64,000 nt of DNA from Acidobacteriota bacterium (GCA_965248695.1 CBDFKD010000002.1:2016001-2080000); one strand, 5' to 3'. Shown: positions 8,931-19,557, counted from the stretch's first letter. Program-made: numbers and translations. The notes: generated from the letters alone by a model not told the origin.

Positions 8931-11096
8931 TCAACGCTGCGCATCGATCGCACGCAAGAGATCATCGTAGTGACGGTTGGCATCCGCCACGCGCTGCCGT
9001 AGCAGCTGTCGCTGACGCTCCCACACGGCCTCGAAGTCCTCGCCCAGCTCCCAGAATTCGAGCTCGTTACCCGGAACGATCGGCGCGTCCAGCAGGTGTC
9101 TCAACCGGGCGCGCATCTGTTCCAAGAGTGCCGGCGCTTTTGCGGCGCTCCAGGAACCCGCCCCGTCCACGTGCAGATAGGTCGGAGTGGAGTGGGCGAT
9201 GGCTTGCGCGCTGCCATAGGCACGGACGGCCAGCCAAGCTCCCGTGGTGGCGCTCAGCTCGTGTCGCAGCCTCAGCGAGCCGTCAGGCTCGACCTCCGAA
9301 ACCGTCGCCACGATGTCGCCGTGGACGACCAGCTCCAGCCGATCGAGCTCATCGACATCGGGGTTGATGCGCGCCGTGGCCTCGATGAGCAGCTTGGCTC
9401 CGGGGGCGGCGCGCAGCGTCGACCCCATCGGATGATCGTCGACCTCGAAGGTGAGCATCGGCCCGTTGGTAACGAACGTGTTGCCGGCCTCCAGCGAGCG
9501 AAACCAGGCTGTGGTCGTGAGCTCGCCCTCAACACGGGCGTAGCTGCGCACCGCGCCCGCCTGGTCGTAATACGGGAAGTCGGATCCCGCCACCGGCGTG
9601 ATCTGATAGCCGAGGTTGAGGAACTCGTACCACAGCTCGGTGTACAGCGAGCCGCCCTGCAGAACCTCGACGAAGTCGACCAACCCGAACGGCACGTCGA
9701 GCGCCAGGCCCCGGGAGCCGTTGAACTCCTCCTGCCCCACGTGCGCGTAGCCGCTGATGCCGCCCTGCTCGGCGTACGCCTCGAAGGCCTCGTGGTAGAG
9801 GAAGTACCGGTCGCGGCGGTGCAAGGGATCGAGGATGTTTAGCGAGATCGTATGGCCGCGCTGCGCCGTTCGCGGACCTTCGATTCCCGGCACCAACACA
9901 TGATCACCGACTTGGTGCTGGCCGTCGATGCCCCAGGCGTATTGGGGAAAGTGGATGGCGCCCGGATTGTGCATCTGCAACGTGTTGGCAACGTGAACAT
10001 CCTCGGCGCGGAGGTAGGCGCTGACGCGCTCGTTGTCTGCTTCCGTCGCACGCTCGATGTGGATGTGGGCGTCGCCCGAGTACCAGTTGCGGGCGGGCAT
10101 GTCGTCCCAGCGCGGGAGCAGGATCTCCACGTCGAGCTCCCGACCGACCTCGACCTTGAGCTCCCGTTGAACGATCTGATACTCGGGGCCCTTGGAGGCC
10201 ACCAGATGGTAGAGGCCGGCTGGCACCTCCGCCCGGTACCGGCCGTCGGCGTAGAACACGTGACGATTGGCCGCCGGCCAGGGCTGCGGGAAGCCGAACG
10301 TTCGGCCACGCAGAAAGATCTGCCGCACGTCGTCATCGTAGAAGTTGACCACCAGCGCATCGTCGCTCGGCAGCGGTAGGCGGCCGGTCGCGTCGTAGAG
10401 CCCGAGTCGAGCCGCGGTCGTCTCCCCCGTCGCCGCATCGATCAGGCGGAGGTTCAGGCGTCCTGAAGGTCCCGGTACCGGTGTCCGGTTCGACCGTGTG
10501 ATCACCGCCGAGCATAGGCTCAGCGTGTTCGGCTCATCGGTGTCTTGCCGGCGGTTTGCCCCGACCGCCGACAACGCGAGATCGGTTCGACCCATGCCGC
10601 GATTGGCGAAACGGGCCCGGTCCAGCGCGACGACCTCTCGATGCCACCGCCCGCTGGCCTCCGCTGGGCGCGGGATCCGGACTATGGCTTCGCTGCGTGC
10701 GCTCCGATCGTAAGAGAGCGTGACCGTGCCGGTAGCTTCGGCGTCGAAAACGAGCTCGAGCTCCACGGTCTCATCGATATCGAACGCCAGGTCGTCGTCG
10801 ACATCGAGCGCGATGAAGCTAGCCACCACGCAGCGTCGCCCTTCGATCTCTTCGACCTCGGGCAGCGCGCGGCGCGGGAAGGCGAACAAACCGAGGGAGT
10901 CCGGGTAACCGCCAGACAGTGTGCGAGCGATGCCCGTCATGGGCCACTCGACCTCGACAAGCCCGAGCGGGTTCGTGTGCGCCAATGCGACGCCTCCTGC
11001 CAGGCTGACCGCTGCCACGAACAATCGCGCACACCGAGGCCATGGTCGAGCACTACGGATCGGAAGACGGGGCGGAGACCTACGCGTTCCAGTCAT
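8931..11096 (-). CDS. CehA/McbA family metallohydrolase (PHP-like), exported
   Basis: WYSGDAHIH, GYAH, WYEFLNLGY.ITPVAGSDFP, GAVRSY, GNTFVTNGPML and AHSTP motifs. Confidence 0.8.
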   Translation of the reverse strand: MTGTRRSPPRLPIRSARPWPRCARLFVAAVSLAGGVALAHTNPLGLVEVEWPMTGIARTLSGGYPDSLGLFAFPRRALPEVEEIEGRRCVVASFIALDVDDDLAFDIDETVELELVFDAEATGTVTLSYDRSARSEAIVRIPRPAEASGRWHREVVALDRARFANRGMGRTDLALSAVGANRRQDTDEPNTLSLCSAVITRSNRTPVPGPSGRLNLRLIDAATGETTAARLGLYDATGRLPLPSDDALVVNFYDDDVRQIFLRGRTFGFPQPWPAANRHVFYADGRYRAEVPAGLYHLVASKGPEYQIVQRELKVEVGRELDVEILLPRWDDMPARNWYSGDAHIHIERATEADNERVSAYLRAEDVHVANTLQMHNPGAIHFPQYAWGIDGQHQVGDHVLVPGIEGPRTAQRGHTISLNILDPLHRRDRYFLYHEAFEAYAEQGGISGYAHVGQEEFNGSRGLALDVPFGLVDFVEVLQGGSLYTELWYEFLNLGYQITPVAGSDFPYYDQAGAVRSYARVEGELTTTAWFRSLEAGNTFVTNGPMLTFEVDDHPMGSTLRAAPGAKLLIEATARINPDVDELDRLELVVHGDIVATVSEVEPDGSLRLRHELSATTGAWLAVRAYGSAQAIAHSTPTYLHVDGAGSWSAAKAPALLEQMRARLRHLLDAPIVPGNELEFWELGEDFEAVWERQRQLLRQRVADANRHYDDLLRAIDAQR

Positions 11097-11281
11097 CGGC
11101 ACCAGCGAGTGTTCGTGTGCACTGGACCCTCGGTTGTCAATTCGATCGACGACGAGACCCGCGCTTGGCGGAGCGACCCGGCTGACGATACCGGCGGCTG
11201 CCGGGCGTTGATCCCGCTGATCATGATCGCCGGCGGCTGCGGGGGCGATCCTGGGCTCCCGGTACGGTATCGTACGGCGCC

Positions 11282-12889
11282 ATGATTCTCCGTAGCCCGT
11301 TTCCAGATGTCGAGATCCCGGTCGAGTCGCTGACCGACTTCGTGCTCGCTGAGGCGCGCGCTCGCGGCGACAAGCCCGCCTTCGTCAATAGCGCTACATA
11401 CGAGGCCATCACCTACGCCGACTTCGTCGACGCCGTGGCGACCGTCGCCGCCAGCCTGGCCGAGCGCGGCTACGGCAAGGGCGATGTGATTGCCTTCTTT
11501 AGCCCCAATTGCCCCGAGTACGCCGTCGCCTTCCTGGCAGTGTGCAAGCTCGGTGGCACGGTTACGACGGTCAATCCGTTGTACACCGAGGGCGAGCTCG
11601 GTCATCAACTCGAGAACGCCGGCGCCAGGGCCATCATCACCGACCCGCAGTTCCTCGACACGGCGCGAGCAGCCGCCGAGGGCGTCGGTATCACCGAGAT
11701 CTTCGTGTTCGGGAACGCCGAAGGCGTCACCTCGTTCGCGGAGCTGATGCACCGAGACGACAGCGGTGCGGTGGAGTTTCCAACCGCCGCCACCGATGCC
11801 CTGACCGACCTCGCAGTGCTGCCCTATTCGAGCGGCACGACCGGCGTGGCCAAGGGCGTGATGCTGACGCACCACAACCTGGTGGCCAACCTCTGCCAGA
11901 TCAACGGCGTCGCCCCGGGAACCGAGTATTGCGCCACCGAGGACGACGTGCTGATGGGGGTCCTGCCGTTCTTCCACATCTACGGCATGATCATGATGCT
12001 GAACTCGTTGAAGCTCGGCTGCACGCTGATAACAATGGCGCGCTTCGACCTCGAGAAGTTCCTCGACATGCTCGAGCGCTACAAAGTCAGTTACCTGCAC
12101 GTGGTGCCGCCCATCGCGCTGCTGCTGTCGAAGCATCCGGCGGTCGACAACTACTCGATCCCCAACGTGCGCCAGATCGTCTGCGGCGCAGCACCGCTGG
12201 GCGAGGATGTCGCTGACGATGTGTATGCGCGGCTCGGAGCGCGCATCAACCAGGCGTGGGGCATGACCGAGCTCAGCCCGGTGGGGCACATGAACTCCGA
12301 TCCGCCGGAGACACTCGATCCGACTTCGGTGGGCCCCTGCGTTCCGAACGCCGAGTCGAAGATTGTCAACGTCGAGACCGGGGAGGCGCTCGGCCCGCAG
12401 GAGCGCGGCGAGCTGTGCCAGCGCGGTCCGCACGTCATGGCCGGCTACCTGAACAACCCCGAGGCGACCGCGGCATGCATCGACGAGGATGGTTGGCTGC
12501 ATACCGGCGACATCGCCTTGGCTGATGAGCGCGGCTATGTCTGGGTGGTCGACCGGGTCAAGGAGCTCATCAAGTACAAGGGCTTCCAGGTGGCACCGGC
12601 GGAGCTGGAGTCGTTGATCCTCACCCACGACGCGGTCGCCGACGTGGCCGTGATCGGCGTCGCTGACGACGAGGCCGGCGAGCTTCCGAAGGCATTCGTG
12701 GTGACGAAAGGTGGCGAGGCCGAAGCGAGCGACGAGCTGGCGAAGGAGCTCCAGAGCTTCGTCGCCGGGCAGGTAGCGCCGCACAAGAAGATCCGCATCG
12801 TCGAGTTTATCGACGCCATTCCGAAGTCGGCATCGGGGAAGATCCTGCGGCGCACGCTGATCGAACAGGAGCGCAACGCCCGGGCCTGA
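11282..12889 (+). CDS. 4-coumarate--CoA ligase family AMP-dependent acyl-CoA synthetase
   Basis: LPYSSGTTGVAKGVMLTH, LPFFHIYG, GELCQRGP, GWLHTGD, VDRVKELIKYKGFQVAPAELE and IPKSASGKILRR. Confidence 0.92.
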   Translation: MILRSPFPDVEIPVESLTDFVLAEARARGDKPAFVNSATYEAITYADFVDAVATVAASLAERGYGKGDVIAFFSPNCPEYAVAFLAVCKLGGTVTTVNPLYTEGELGHQLENAGARAIITDPQFLDTARAAAEGVGITEIFVFGNAEGVTSFAELMHRDDSGAVEFPTAATDALTDLAVLPYSSGTTGVAKGVMLTHHNLVANLCQINGVAPGTEYCATEDDVLMGVLPFFHIYGMIMMLNSLKLGCTLITMARFDLEKFLDMLERYKVSYLHVVPPIALLLSKHPAVDNYSIPNVRQIVCGAAPLGEDVADDVYARLGARINQAWGMTELSPVGHMNSDPPETLDPTSVGPCVPNAESKIVNVETGEALGPQERGELCQRGPHVMAGYLNNPEATAACIDEDGWLHTGDIALADERGYVWVVDRVKELIKYKGFQVAPAELESLILTHDAVADVAVIGVADDEAGELPKAFVVTKGGEAEASDELAKELQSFVAGQVAPHKKIRIVEFIDAIPKSASGKILRRTLIEQERNARA

Positions 12890-12957
12890 AGACGCCGCAC
12901 GGGCCGGCGTCCGACGACGCTCTGACCGAGGAACACAGGTGACATGTTGCTAGCCGG

Positions 12958-14421
12958 ATGAGCGGACAGACGATCGCCGAGCAGGCGCTCGCCGAGAAGA
13001 GCAAGCTCAAGAAGGTCATGGGGCCTCGCGACCTGGTGCTTTTCTATATCGCCTGCATCGTCACCATGCGAGTCGTTGCCCTGTCGACCGAGAACGGTCC
13101 CAGCGTCGTGGTGCTCTGGGTTCTCGGCTTCGTTCTCTTCTACATCCCGCAGGCCTTCACGGTCGTCGAGCTCACAGCGCGACATCCGGACGAAGGCGGC
13201 ATCTACATATGGGCGCAGCGCGCCTTCGGCGAGTTTCACGGCTTCATCACCGCGTGGTTCTACTGGGCCACCAACCTCGTCTACTTTCCCGCAGTACTGC
13301 TGTTCTCGGCCAGCAACGCGGCGTTCATCTTCCCGCGCTGGTCGCATCTTGCCGAGCATCCGGGTTTCCTGGCGACGTTCTCACTCGCCGGCATCGCGCT
13401 CGTCGTCGTCGTCAACGTTCTCGGCCTCGATATTGCCAAGTACCTGCACAACGCCAGCGGCTATCTGAACATGTGGGTACCCGGGGTGATCGTGGTGGTG
13501 CTGGGCTTTTTGACCTGGGTGAACTTCGGCTCGGCAAGCGAGTTCTCGAGCAGCACCTTGATGCCGAGCTTCGGCGGCCTGTCCGACGTCATCTTGCTGG
13601 CCGCGATCGCCTACGCGTTCACCGGCCTCGAGTCGGCTTCGATCATGAGCGAGGAGGTCCAGAACCCGCGGCGCAACGTCCCGCGCGCTCTGGCGACCGC
13701 CGGTTTGATGATGGTCGCAATGTTCATTCTGATTTCCTCTGCCATCCTCGTGGTGCTGCCGGTGGAACAAGTCACCGGCTTGACCGGGCTCACGGATACC
13801 GCGCGCGTGGCGGGCACCAAGCTCATCGGCGCGACGGCCGGCGGGTTGCTGGGTTCGATTGTCTCCCTGTGCCTGTGCATTGCGGCCGTCGGCACGGTGA
13901 GCGCCTGGATGGCGACGTGCGCGCGGCTGCCGTTCGTGGCCGGCCTCGATCGTTATCTACCGCCGGCGTTCGGAACCTTGCATCCGAAGTACGCCACGCC
14001 GCACGTTTCGGTGATCACGCTCGGCGTTGCCACCGCTGCATTGATCGTGCTCGGCAACATGGACGGTACCGCGCAGCAGATCTACCGAGTCTTCATCAGC
14101 CTCGAGATCGTCGTCTACTTCATCCCGTTCATGTACATGTTCGGCGCGCTCCTGGTGATGCAACGTGACCCGGTACCGGAAGGCACGCAGCGAGCGCCCT
14201 TCGCGCCGTGGGGCGCCTATCTCGCCGGCAGCACCGGGCTGGTCGTGACCGTCGCCTCATTCGTGTTCGCGCTGATTCCTGGTGATCTGGTCGAGGACAA
14301 GACGTTCTTCTACTTCACGGTCTTCGGAATGCTCGGCGTGCTGACGCTCGTCGGTGTCGGCATCTATGCCAACGGCAAGCTGCGTCGACGGCGGCTTCAG
14401 GCAGCTCCCGATGCAATCTGA
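12958..14421 (+). CDS. APC family amino acid/polyamine permease (GadC/YjeM-like)
   Basis: About 12 hydrophobic segments; ELTARHPDEGGIYIWAQRAFG and AFTGLE...EEVQNPRRNVPRA. Confidence 0.88.
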   Translation: MSGQTIAEQALAEKSKLKKVMGPRDLVLFYIACIVTMRVVALSTENGPSVVVLWVLGFVLFYIPQAFTVVELTARHPDEGGIYIWAQRAFGEFHGFITAWFYWATNLVYFPAVLLFSASNAAFIFPRWSHLAEHPGFLATFSLAGIALVVVVNVLGLDIAKYLHNASGYLNMWVPGVIVVVLGFLTWVNFGSASEFSSSTLMPSFGGLSDVILLAAIAYAFTGLESASIMSEEVQNPRRNVPRALATAGLMMVAMFILISSAILVVLPVEQVTGLTGLTDTARVAGTKLIGATAGGLLGSIVSLCLCIAAVGTVSAWMATCARLPFVAGLDRYLPPAFGTLHPKYATPHVSVITLGVATAALIVLGNMDGTAQQIYRVFISLEIVVYFIPFMYMFGALLVMQRDPVPEGTQRAPFAPWGAYLAGSTGLVVTVASFVFALIPGDLVEDKTFFYFTVFGMLGVLTLVGVGIYANGKLRRRRLQAAPDAI

Positions 14422-14439
14422 GCATCGCGTCCTCCGGCC

Positions 14440-14850
14440 GTGACGGACTCTGGCGTGAACTTCTCAGGCGGGTGTCTCTGCGGTGCCCTGCGTTACCGAT
14501 CGACAGCGGGTCCATTGACAACCGGTTTCTGCCACTGTCGGAACTGCCAGCGCTCTAGCGGGGCGCCGGTATCGGTCTGGGCCGCCTTCCCGATCGATTG
14601 CTTCGAATACGAGCGCGGAACACCGAAGATCCACAAAGCTTCAGAGCGCGGCCGGCGCGAGTTCTGCGAGAGCTGCGGCACCCACATCGCCTATCGCCGC
14701 ATCCAGGGTCCCGAGGAAGTCGATGTGAACGTCGGGACCCTCGACGATCCGGCAGCGGTCCAGCCCGAGATCCATATCTGGACCCGCGATCGCATCGCCT
14801 GGTTCGAGACCCGCGACGACCTGCCGCGGCACGAGGACGGTGGCAACTAG
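14440..14850 (+). CDS. GFA family (CENP-V/GFA) Zn-binding protein
   Basis: GGCLCGALRY, CHCRNCQR and FCESCGT cysteine pattern. Confidence 0.9.
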   Translation: MTDSGVNFSGGCLCGALRYRSTAGPLTTGFCHCRNCQRSSGAPVSVWAAFPIDCFEYERGTPKIHKASERGRREFCESCGTHIAYRRIQGPEEVDVNVGTLDDPAAVQPEIHIWTRDRIAWFETRDDLPRHEDGGN

Positions 14851-16754
14851 GTAGACAGCAGTTCGTGAACCGCCCGATGCGCCTGGCCGATCGCCTCCTC
14901 GGTCATCGCGTTGGCGCCTGAGTCCGAGTTGGCGATGGCGATCCGACCGAACGTCGCGCGGGCCCGCTCCCACGTGCGTTTTTCCTTCGGCCACTCCTCT
15001 GTGGTCCAGTAGATATCGCCACTATCGGGATCGAAGCCCCAGGCATAGCCGTGCGGCCAACGGTTGACCGTGATGGCCTCGATGTCGCGCGCCGGATCGA
15101 AGCCGCCGCCCGCGAGCATGCGGGCAAGCTGATCGCGGATCTCGCGCTCGAAGGTCTCGAAGCTGGTTGTCAGCAGGTCCCAGCGACCAGCCTTCCATTG
15201 GTCGGGGATCGGCAGACCCGGGCTGAGCGGCGTGCGAGTGAGCTGCAGCACCATGGGCTCTTCCGGCGTGCGCGGACACTCGTATGCGCCCATGCTCACC
15301 GGATCTCCCAGGCGCACGTTGGTGTGGTAACTGCCGGGGCAGTGGGCGCTCCTCAGCTTCAAGTTGGCGAACGAGGTCCAGTCGCGCAGCAACACTCGTG
15401 TGTACACCAGGGGTGCCTTGAGCGCATACGACAGCGCCTTCCGTTGCGGATCGGGCAGCTCCGGGCAGATGTGCGGGATCGCGGCGTTGTAGCAGGCGAA
15501 CACGCACCGGCGTGCACGGACGGTCTGGGCGATGTCTTCTCGAACGTAGGTGACCTCGACCGTATCGGCGCTCTCGGGGTTTCCGGCGTGCTCGACATGA
15601 ACCACCGTGCTGTTGAGCCGGATGCGTACCGGCGCCTCCTCACGATCGAGCATGGAATAGTCGAAGCGCGCCGTCATCATGGCTTCCGGGTCCGCCGCAT
15701 CGCTGATCTCGGGAATCATCGACCGGACCATCAGCCGGGTAATCGACGCATTGCCGTCCGGGAACCGGAAGTAGGCCCCGCTGTCCTCGTGGTCGGCGGC
15801 CAGGCCGAGAGCGTCGAGCCCCGGATAACCCGACCAGATCGCCGGCGACATCGGCAGCGACTCGATGCGCACATTCCAGTAGCTGTCGCCGCGCGACTGC
15901 AGGTACGGGAGGACTCCCTTGTCGACCTCGGCGATCTCGAGCAGGAACTCCTGATACGTCATGCCCTCCAGCCGCTTCCACTTTTCCTCCGCCGACAGAC
16001 CTTGCAGGTAGTCGATGTCGCCTTCGTGAAGCCGGATCAGATCGTTCTTGACCTGTTCCGACAGCGGCGCGCCGTCGAAGAACTCGGCCCACGGTTTCCT
16101 ACCCTGGCCGACGGCGAGATGGTCGGCACCGAACGTCTCACGATCGAAAAACACGCCGCGCTGCAACCCCAACGAGCGGTATGTCCTGGGGCTCACGTAC
16201 TCGGAGTAGCGCTCGGGGTCGATGCCGAGCTCACGGAACAGCCCCTTGGCGGCCTCGCCGTAGGCCGAGTAGTCCTCGATCTCGACCGTGCCGCCGTTCA
16301 TCAGCAGCATGCGGTCACCGGAGGTGAACTCGTTGCGCTTGGCGTGACCGCCGAAGTCGTCGTGGTTGTCGATGATCAGGATCCTGACGGTCGGCCCGGC
16401 CTCCTGGCGGAAGAAATAGGCCGCTGCAAGGCCGCTCATGCCGCCGCCGACGACCACCAGGTCGTAGGTCTCGTCAGTCTCGGTGGGTTGCCAGCGCTTG
16501 CCGTCGCGCATCGCGTGGGCGACGTCAAACGAGCCCGGGTGACTGCCGCGCATGCCGGTGAGCGACGGCGGGTAGTACTCGGCCGCCGAGGCGGCACCCG
16601 TAGCGGCAGCCGACGGCGATCCGATTGCGCCCGCCTCGGACCACGGGAACAGCAACGAGCCGGTGACGGCGATTCCGGCACCGTCGATGAAGTCCCGACG
16701 GTTGATCTTCCGCCCCATCCCCAGCTCACGGTCTCGACGTTTCATGAAGCCCAC
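14847..16754 (-). CDS. spdH: Spermidine dehydrogenase-like FAD oxidoreductase, Tat-exported
   Basis: Tat motif INRRDFIDG; YYPPSLTGMRGSHPGSF, YDLVVVGGGMSGLAAA, DNHDDFGGHAKRNEF, FPDGNASI, FDPARDIEAITVNRWPHGYA and GRIAIANSD are characteristic of the SpdH family. Confidence 0.8.
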   Translation of the reverse strand: MGFMKRRDRELGMGRKINRRDFIDGAGIAVTGSLLFPWSEAGAIGSPSAAATGAASAAEYYPPSLTGMRGSHPGSFDVAHAMRDGKRWQPTETDETYDLVVVGGGMSGLAAAYFFRQEAGPTVRILIIDNHDDFGGHAKRNEFTSGDRMLLMNGGTVEIEDYSAYGEAAKGLFRELGIDPERYSEYVSPRTYRSLGLQRGVFFDRETFGADHLAVGQGRKPWAEFFDGAPLSEQVKNDLIRLHEGDIDYLQGLSAEEKWKRLEGMTYQEFLLEIAEVDKGVLPYLQSRGDSYWNVRIESLPMSPAIWSGYPGLDALGLAADHEDSGAYFRFPDGNASITRLMVRSMIPEISDAADPEAMMTARFDYSMLDREEAPVRIRLNSTVVHVEHAGNPESADTVEVTYVREDIAQTVRARRCVFACYNAAIPHICPELPDPQRKALSYALKAPLVYTRVLLRDWTSFANLKLRSAHCPGSYHTNVRLGDPVSMGAYECPRTPEEPMVLQLTRTPLSPGLPIPDQWKAGRWDLLTTSFETFEREIRDQLARMLAGGGFDPARDIEAITVNRWPHGYAWGFDPDSGDIYWTTEEWPKEKRTWERARATFGRIAIANSDSGANAMTEEAIGQAHRAVHELLST

Positions 16755-16824
16755 CCATGTTGATTCGTGACGGATGCGTGTTCGGTGCTCGTGGGGTCAG
16801 CGGCTCTCTCGACCCGTGGGAACC

Positions 16825-17772
16825 TCATCGGGAGAACAGCTCCCAGATCAGATCGCTGGCCGAGATGTCGTCGGTGGTGTTGCCCAGGGAGTCACGCTCG
16901 ACGGCTGCCGGCCAGGTGTGGCCGCCGCCCTCGACGCGGTACCACTCGGTGCTGGCCTCGCAGCCGGTCCATGACAAGTGCATCACCTCGTCGCTCACGC
17001 GCCGCTCCACCGGCCCCGCGGCGCAGCCGTTGTGATCGGCCCACCGCTGCATCGCCTCGGGCACCGGAGGGTCGTTCCAGGGCGGGTCGGAGCCGGCAAT
17101 CGGCACCACAGGGTCGGCGGTGCCGTGGAAGTAGATAAAGGGTCGTGGCGGCGCGTCGCTGCACTCGGCCTGGTTGTAGTACATGTACGTCACTGGTCCA
17201 TAGGCCTTGAATGGGCTGTCAGCGAGACACGCCAGCGCCGACACCATGTCGCCGCCGGCCGACATCCCGGTGGCGAAGAAATCGCCGGCGGTGTGCTCAC
17301 GCTGCAGCAGTCTGACCAGCTCGAGGATGAAGTCGACATCGTAATCTCGCTCGCGCAGATTCGCCTCCCACGCACTGTTCCAGTAGCCGGCGAGCCCGTG
17401 TGTCGCGTCCGGGTAGACCTTGTTGGCATCGGGCACCACGAGGATCACCCCGTCGCGGTCCGCCTGCGCGGTAAAGTCCGCGTAGCGGAACTGCGCCGGC
17501 GCACTGGAGCCAGCGCCGTGAAAGTTGAAGACGACGTCAGCGCGCGTCCCTTCGTGGTAGCCCGCCGGAAGCCGCAACAACCAGGTTCGCTCGGTGCCGT
17601 CCGGAGCCGGGAGAGTGCGTTCCGTGTAGGGGCGGTCGATCGGCACAGCAGCGGAGTCCGCGGCTGCCGCTTCTCCCTCCGGCTCGGCAGGCGCCCCACA
17701 GGCGACTAGGGCAACGGCGGCGGCGAGCGCCACCGAGCGGCGGACGGTCTTGCTGCGATCACTACACTTCAT
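16825..17772 (-). CDS. PHB-depolymerase/LpqC-like alpha/beta esterase, probable lipoprotein
   Basis: Lipobox LVAC; NFHGAG, GMSAGG nucleophile elbow, FHGTADPVVP and GGGHTWP. Confidence 0.8.
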   Translation of the reverse strand: MKCSDRSKTVRRSVALAAAVALVACGAPAEPEGEAAAADSAAVPIDRPYTERTLPAPDGTERTWLLRLPAGYHEGTRADVVFNFHGAGSSAPAQFRYADFTAQADRDGVILVVPDANKVYPDATHGLAGYWNSAWEANLRERDYDVDFILELVRLLQREHTAGDFFATGMSAGGDMVSALACLADSPFKAYGPVTYMYYNQAECSDAPPRPFIYFHGTADPVVPIAGSDPPWNDPPVPEAMQRWADHNGCAAGPVERRVSDEVMHLSWTGCEASTEWYRVEGGGHTWPAAVERDSLGNTTDDISASDLIWELFSR

Positions 17773-17848
17773 GCGCTCTTCTCGGATGGCTAGTGGCGAA
17801 TGCAGGAGTGTACTGTGGCCCCTCCCGCAGCCGATATGCTGGGCGACC

Positions 17849-18667
17849 ATGAGCGCCGAAGACGCGATGGACTATGACGACCTGATCGGGCTCTTCGAGC
17901 TCGTCTGGGGTGACGGGTACATGTCACCCGGCGGCCCCGAGGAGGTCGCGATGTTGCTGGGCAGTCTCGACCTGACCGGTGCCGAGATGCTCGACGTTGG
18001 CTGCGGCACCGGCGGCGTCGACGTCGAGCTCATTCGCACCCACGGCGCCGCACACGTGCTGGGAATCGATGTCAACGCCGGGCTGATCGAGCGCGCCCGG
18101 GCACGGGCGGAACGCCACGGGCTCAGCGAGCGGCTCGCGTTCCGGTGTGTCGAGCCGGGTCCGCTGGAGCTCGATGATGCTTCGGTCGACTCAGTGTTCA
18201 GCAAGGACGCCATCCTTCATATGCCCGACAAAGCTGCGTTCCTCGACGACGTGTTCCGCGTTCTGCGCCCCGGCGGCAGCTTCGTCGCCAGCGACTGGTT
18301 GCGTCGCGACCCCCAGCCCCCGAGCGCGGACATGCGCTACTGGATCGAAACCGAAGGCCTGGGGTTCGTTCCCGCGTCTCCCGAGGACTACGGCCGGTCA
18401 TTCGCCGACAGCGGTTTCGGGTCCGGCCGACTGATCGATCGCAACGCCTGGTATCGCGAGATTGCCCGCACCGAACACGCACGCATGGCAGCGGGTGGGG
18501 ACCTCAACGAGCGCGTCCACGACCTGCTCGGAGAGGAGAACGCACTCCGCGAGATCGAAGCCTGGCGCGCGATGACGGTCGTGCTCGACAGCGGCGAGCT
18601 GCGACCGACCCACCTGCGCGCACACAAGCCGTCGGAAACGGCAGAGCATCTCAGGAGCGACCCATGA
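17849..18667 (+). CDS. Class I SAM-dependent methyltransferase (phosphoethanolamine/sarcosine N-methyltransferase-like)
   Basis: ELVWGDGYMSPGG, LDVGCGTGG, SKDAILH and RVLRPGG...SDW. Confidence 0.82.
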   Translation: MSAEDAMDYDDLIGLFELVWGDGYMSPGGPEEVAMLLGSLDLTGAEMLDVGCGTGGVDVELIRTHGAAHVLGIDVNAGLIERARARAERHGLSERLAFRCVEPGPLELDDASVDSVFSKDAILHMPDKAAFLDDVFRVLRPGGSFVASDWLRRDPQPPSADMRYWIETEGLGFVPASPEDYGRSFADSGFGSGRLIDRNAWYREIARTEHARMAAGGDLNERVHDLLGEENALREIEAWRAMTVVLDSGELRPTHLRAHKPSETAEHLRSDP

Positions 18668-19557
18668 GCAGCGGAGAGGCAGTCGGTACCATCGCCGGAC
18701 TCTGGAGGTTCCCGGTCAAATCGATGTGCGGAGAGCAACTCCAGGAGGCGGTTGTCACCGAACACGGACTCCTGGGCGACCGCTCCCATGCGCTCATCGA
18801 CCTCGACACCGGCAAGGTGGTGAGCGCCAAGAGCGTTCGACTGTTCCCCGAGCTGCTCGAATGCGAGGCGAGCTTCGTCGAAGCTCCGCAGCCGGAACGA
18901 CAGCTGCCGCCCGTGCGAATCACCTTGCCGGACGGCACCGACGTCGCCAGCGACGCTGGCAACTCGGATCGCGCGCTGTCGAGCTTCTTCCACCGCAACG
19001 TGACGCTTGCCGGCGCGGCGCCCGACGACTTCACCATCGATCTGTACTATCCGGATCTCGAGGATCTGGACCCGGCCGGACACCGGGACGAGATGGTCGA
19101 GCAGAAGCTCGGCGCGGCCCTCTTCGCCCAGCTCGGCGTCGACTCCCCGGTTCCCGACGGCTCGTTCATGGACGTGTTCCCGATCTCGGTCCTGACGGCC
19201 TCCACCCTCGCGCGTTTGCGCCAGATCCGTCCGCAGAGCGATTTCGACGAGCGTCGGTTCAGAATGAACCTGATCATCGACACCGAGCAAGCGGGATTCC
19301 CGGAGAACGACTGGGTGGGTTCCGAGCTCAGGATCGGGGAAGCTGTACGGCTCGGCGTTGCCGCGCCCGACGCTCGCTGTGTGATGACCACCCTGGCGCA
19401 GGGCGACCTGCCGAGGGACACGGATGTTCTACGAACCCTCGCTCGTCACAACAGAATCTCGGTTGGCGAGATCGGCCAGTTTCCCTGCGCCGGCGCCTAC
19501 GCGACGGTCGCAGCACCGGGGACCGTGAGAATAGGTGACCCGGTGAGGCTCGCCTGA
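18664..19557 (+). CDS. MOSC domain protein (YcbX/mARC-like)
   Basis: LWRFPVKSM, GLLGDR, RRFRMNLII and RCVMTT with the Moco-ligand Cys. ATGA overlap with the methyltransferase. Confidence 0.88.
   Translation: MSSGEAVGTIAGLWRFPVKSMCGEQLQEAVVTEHGLLGDRSHALIDLDTGKVVSAKSVRLFPELLECEASFVEAPQPERQLPPVRITLPDGTDVASDAGNSDRALSSFFHRNVTLAGAAPDDFTIDLYYPDLEDLDPAGHRDEMVEQKLGAALFAQLGVDSPVPDGSFMDVFPISVLTASTLARLRQIRPQSDFDERRFRMNLIIDTEQAGFPENDWVGSELRIGEAVRLGVAAPDARCVMTTLAQGDLPRDTDVLRTLARHNRISVGEIGQFPCAGAYATVAAPGTVRIGDPVRLA

Noticed and set aside
11093-16763. Long antisense ORFs (11093-12784, 15051-16763; likewise 38443-40083 and 19656-20939)
   Set aside because: Shadows of well-supported genes on the opposite strand in high-GC DNA.
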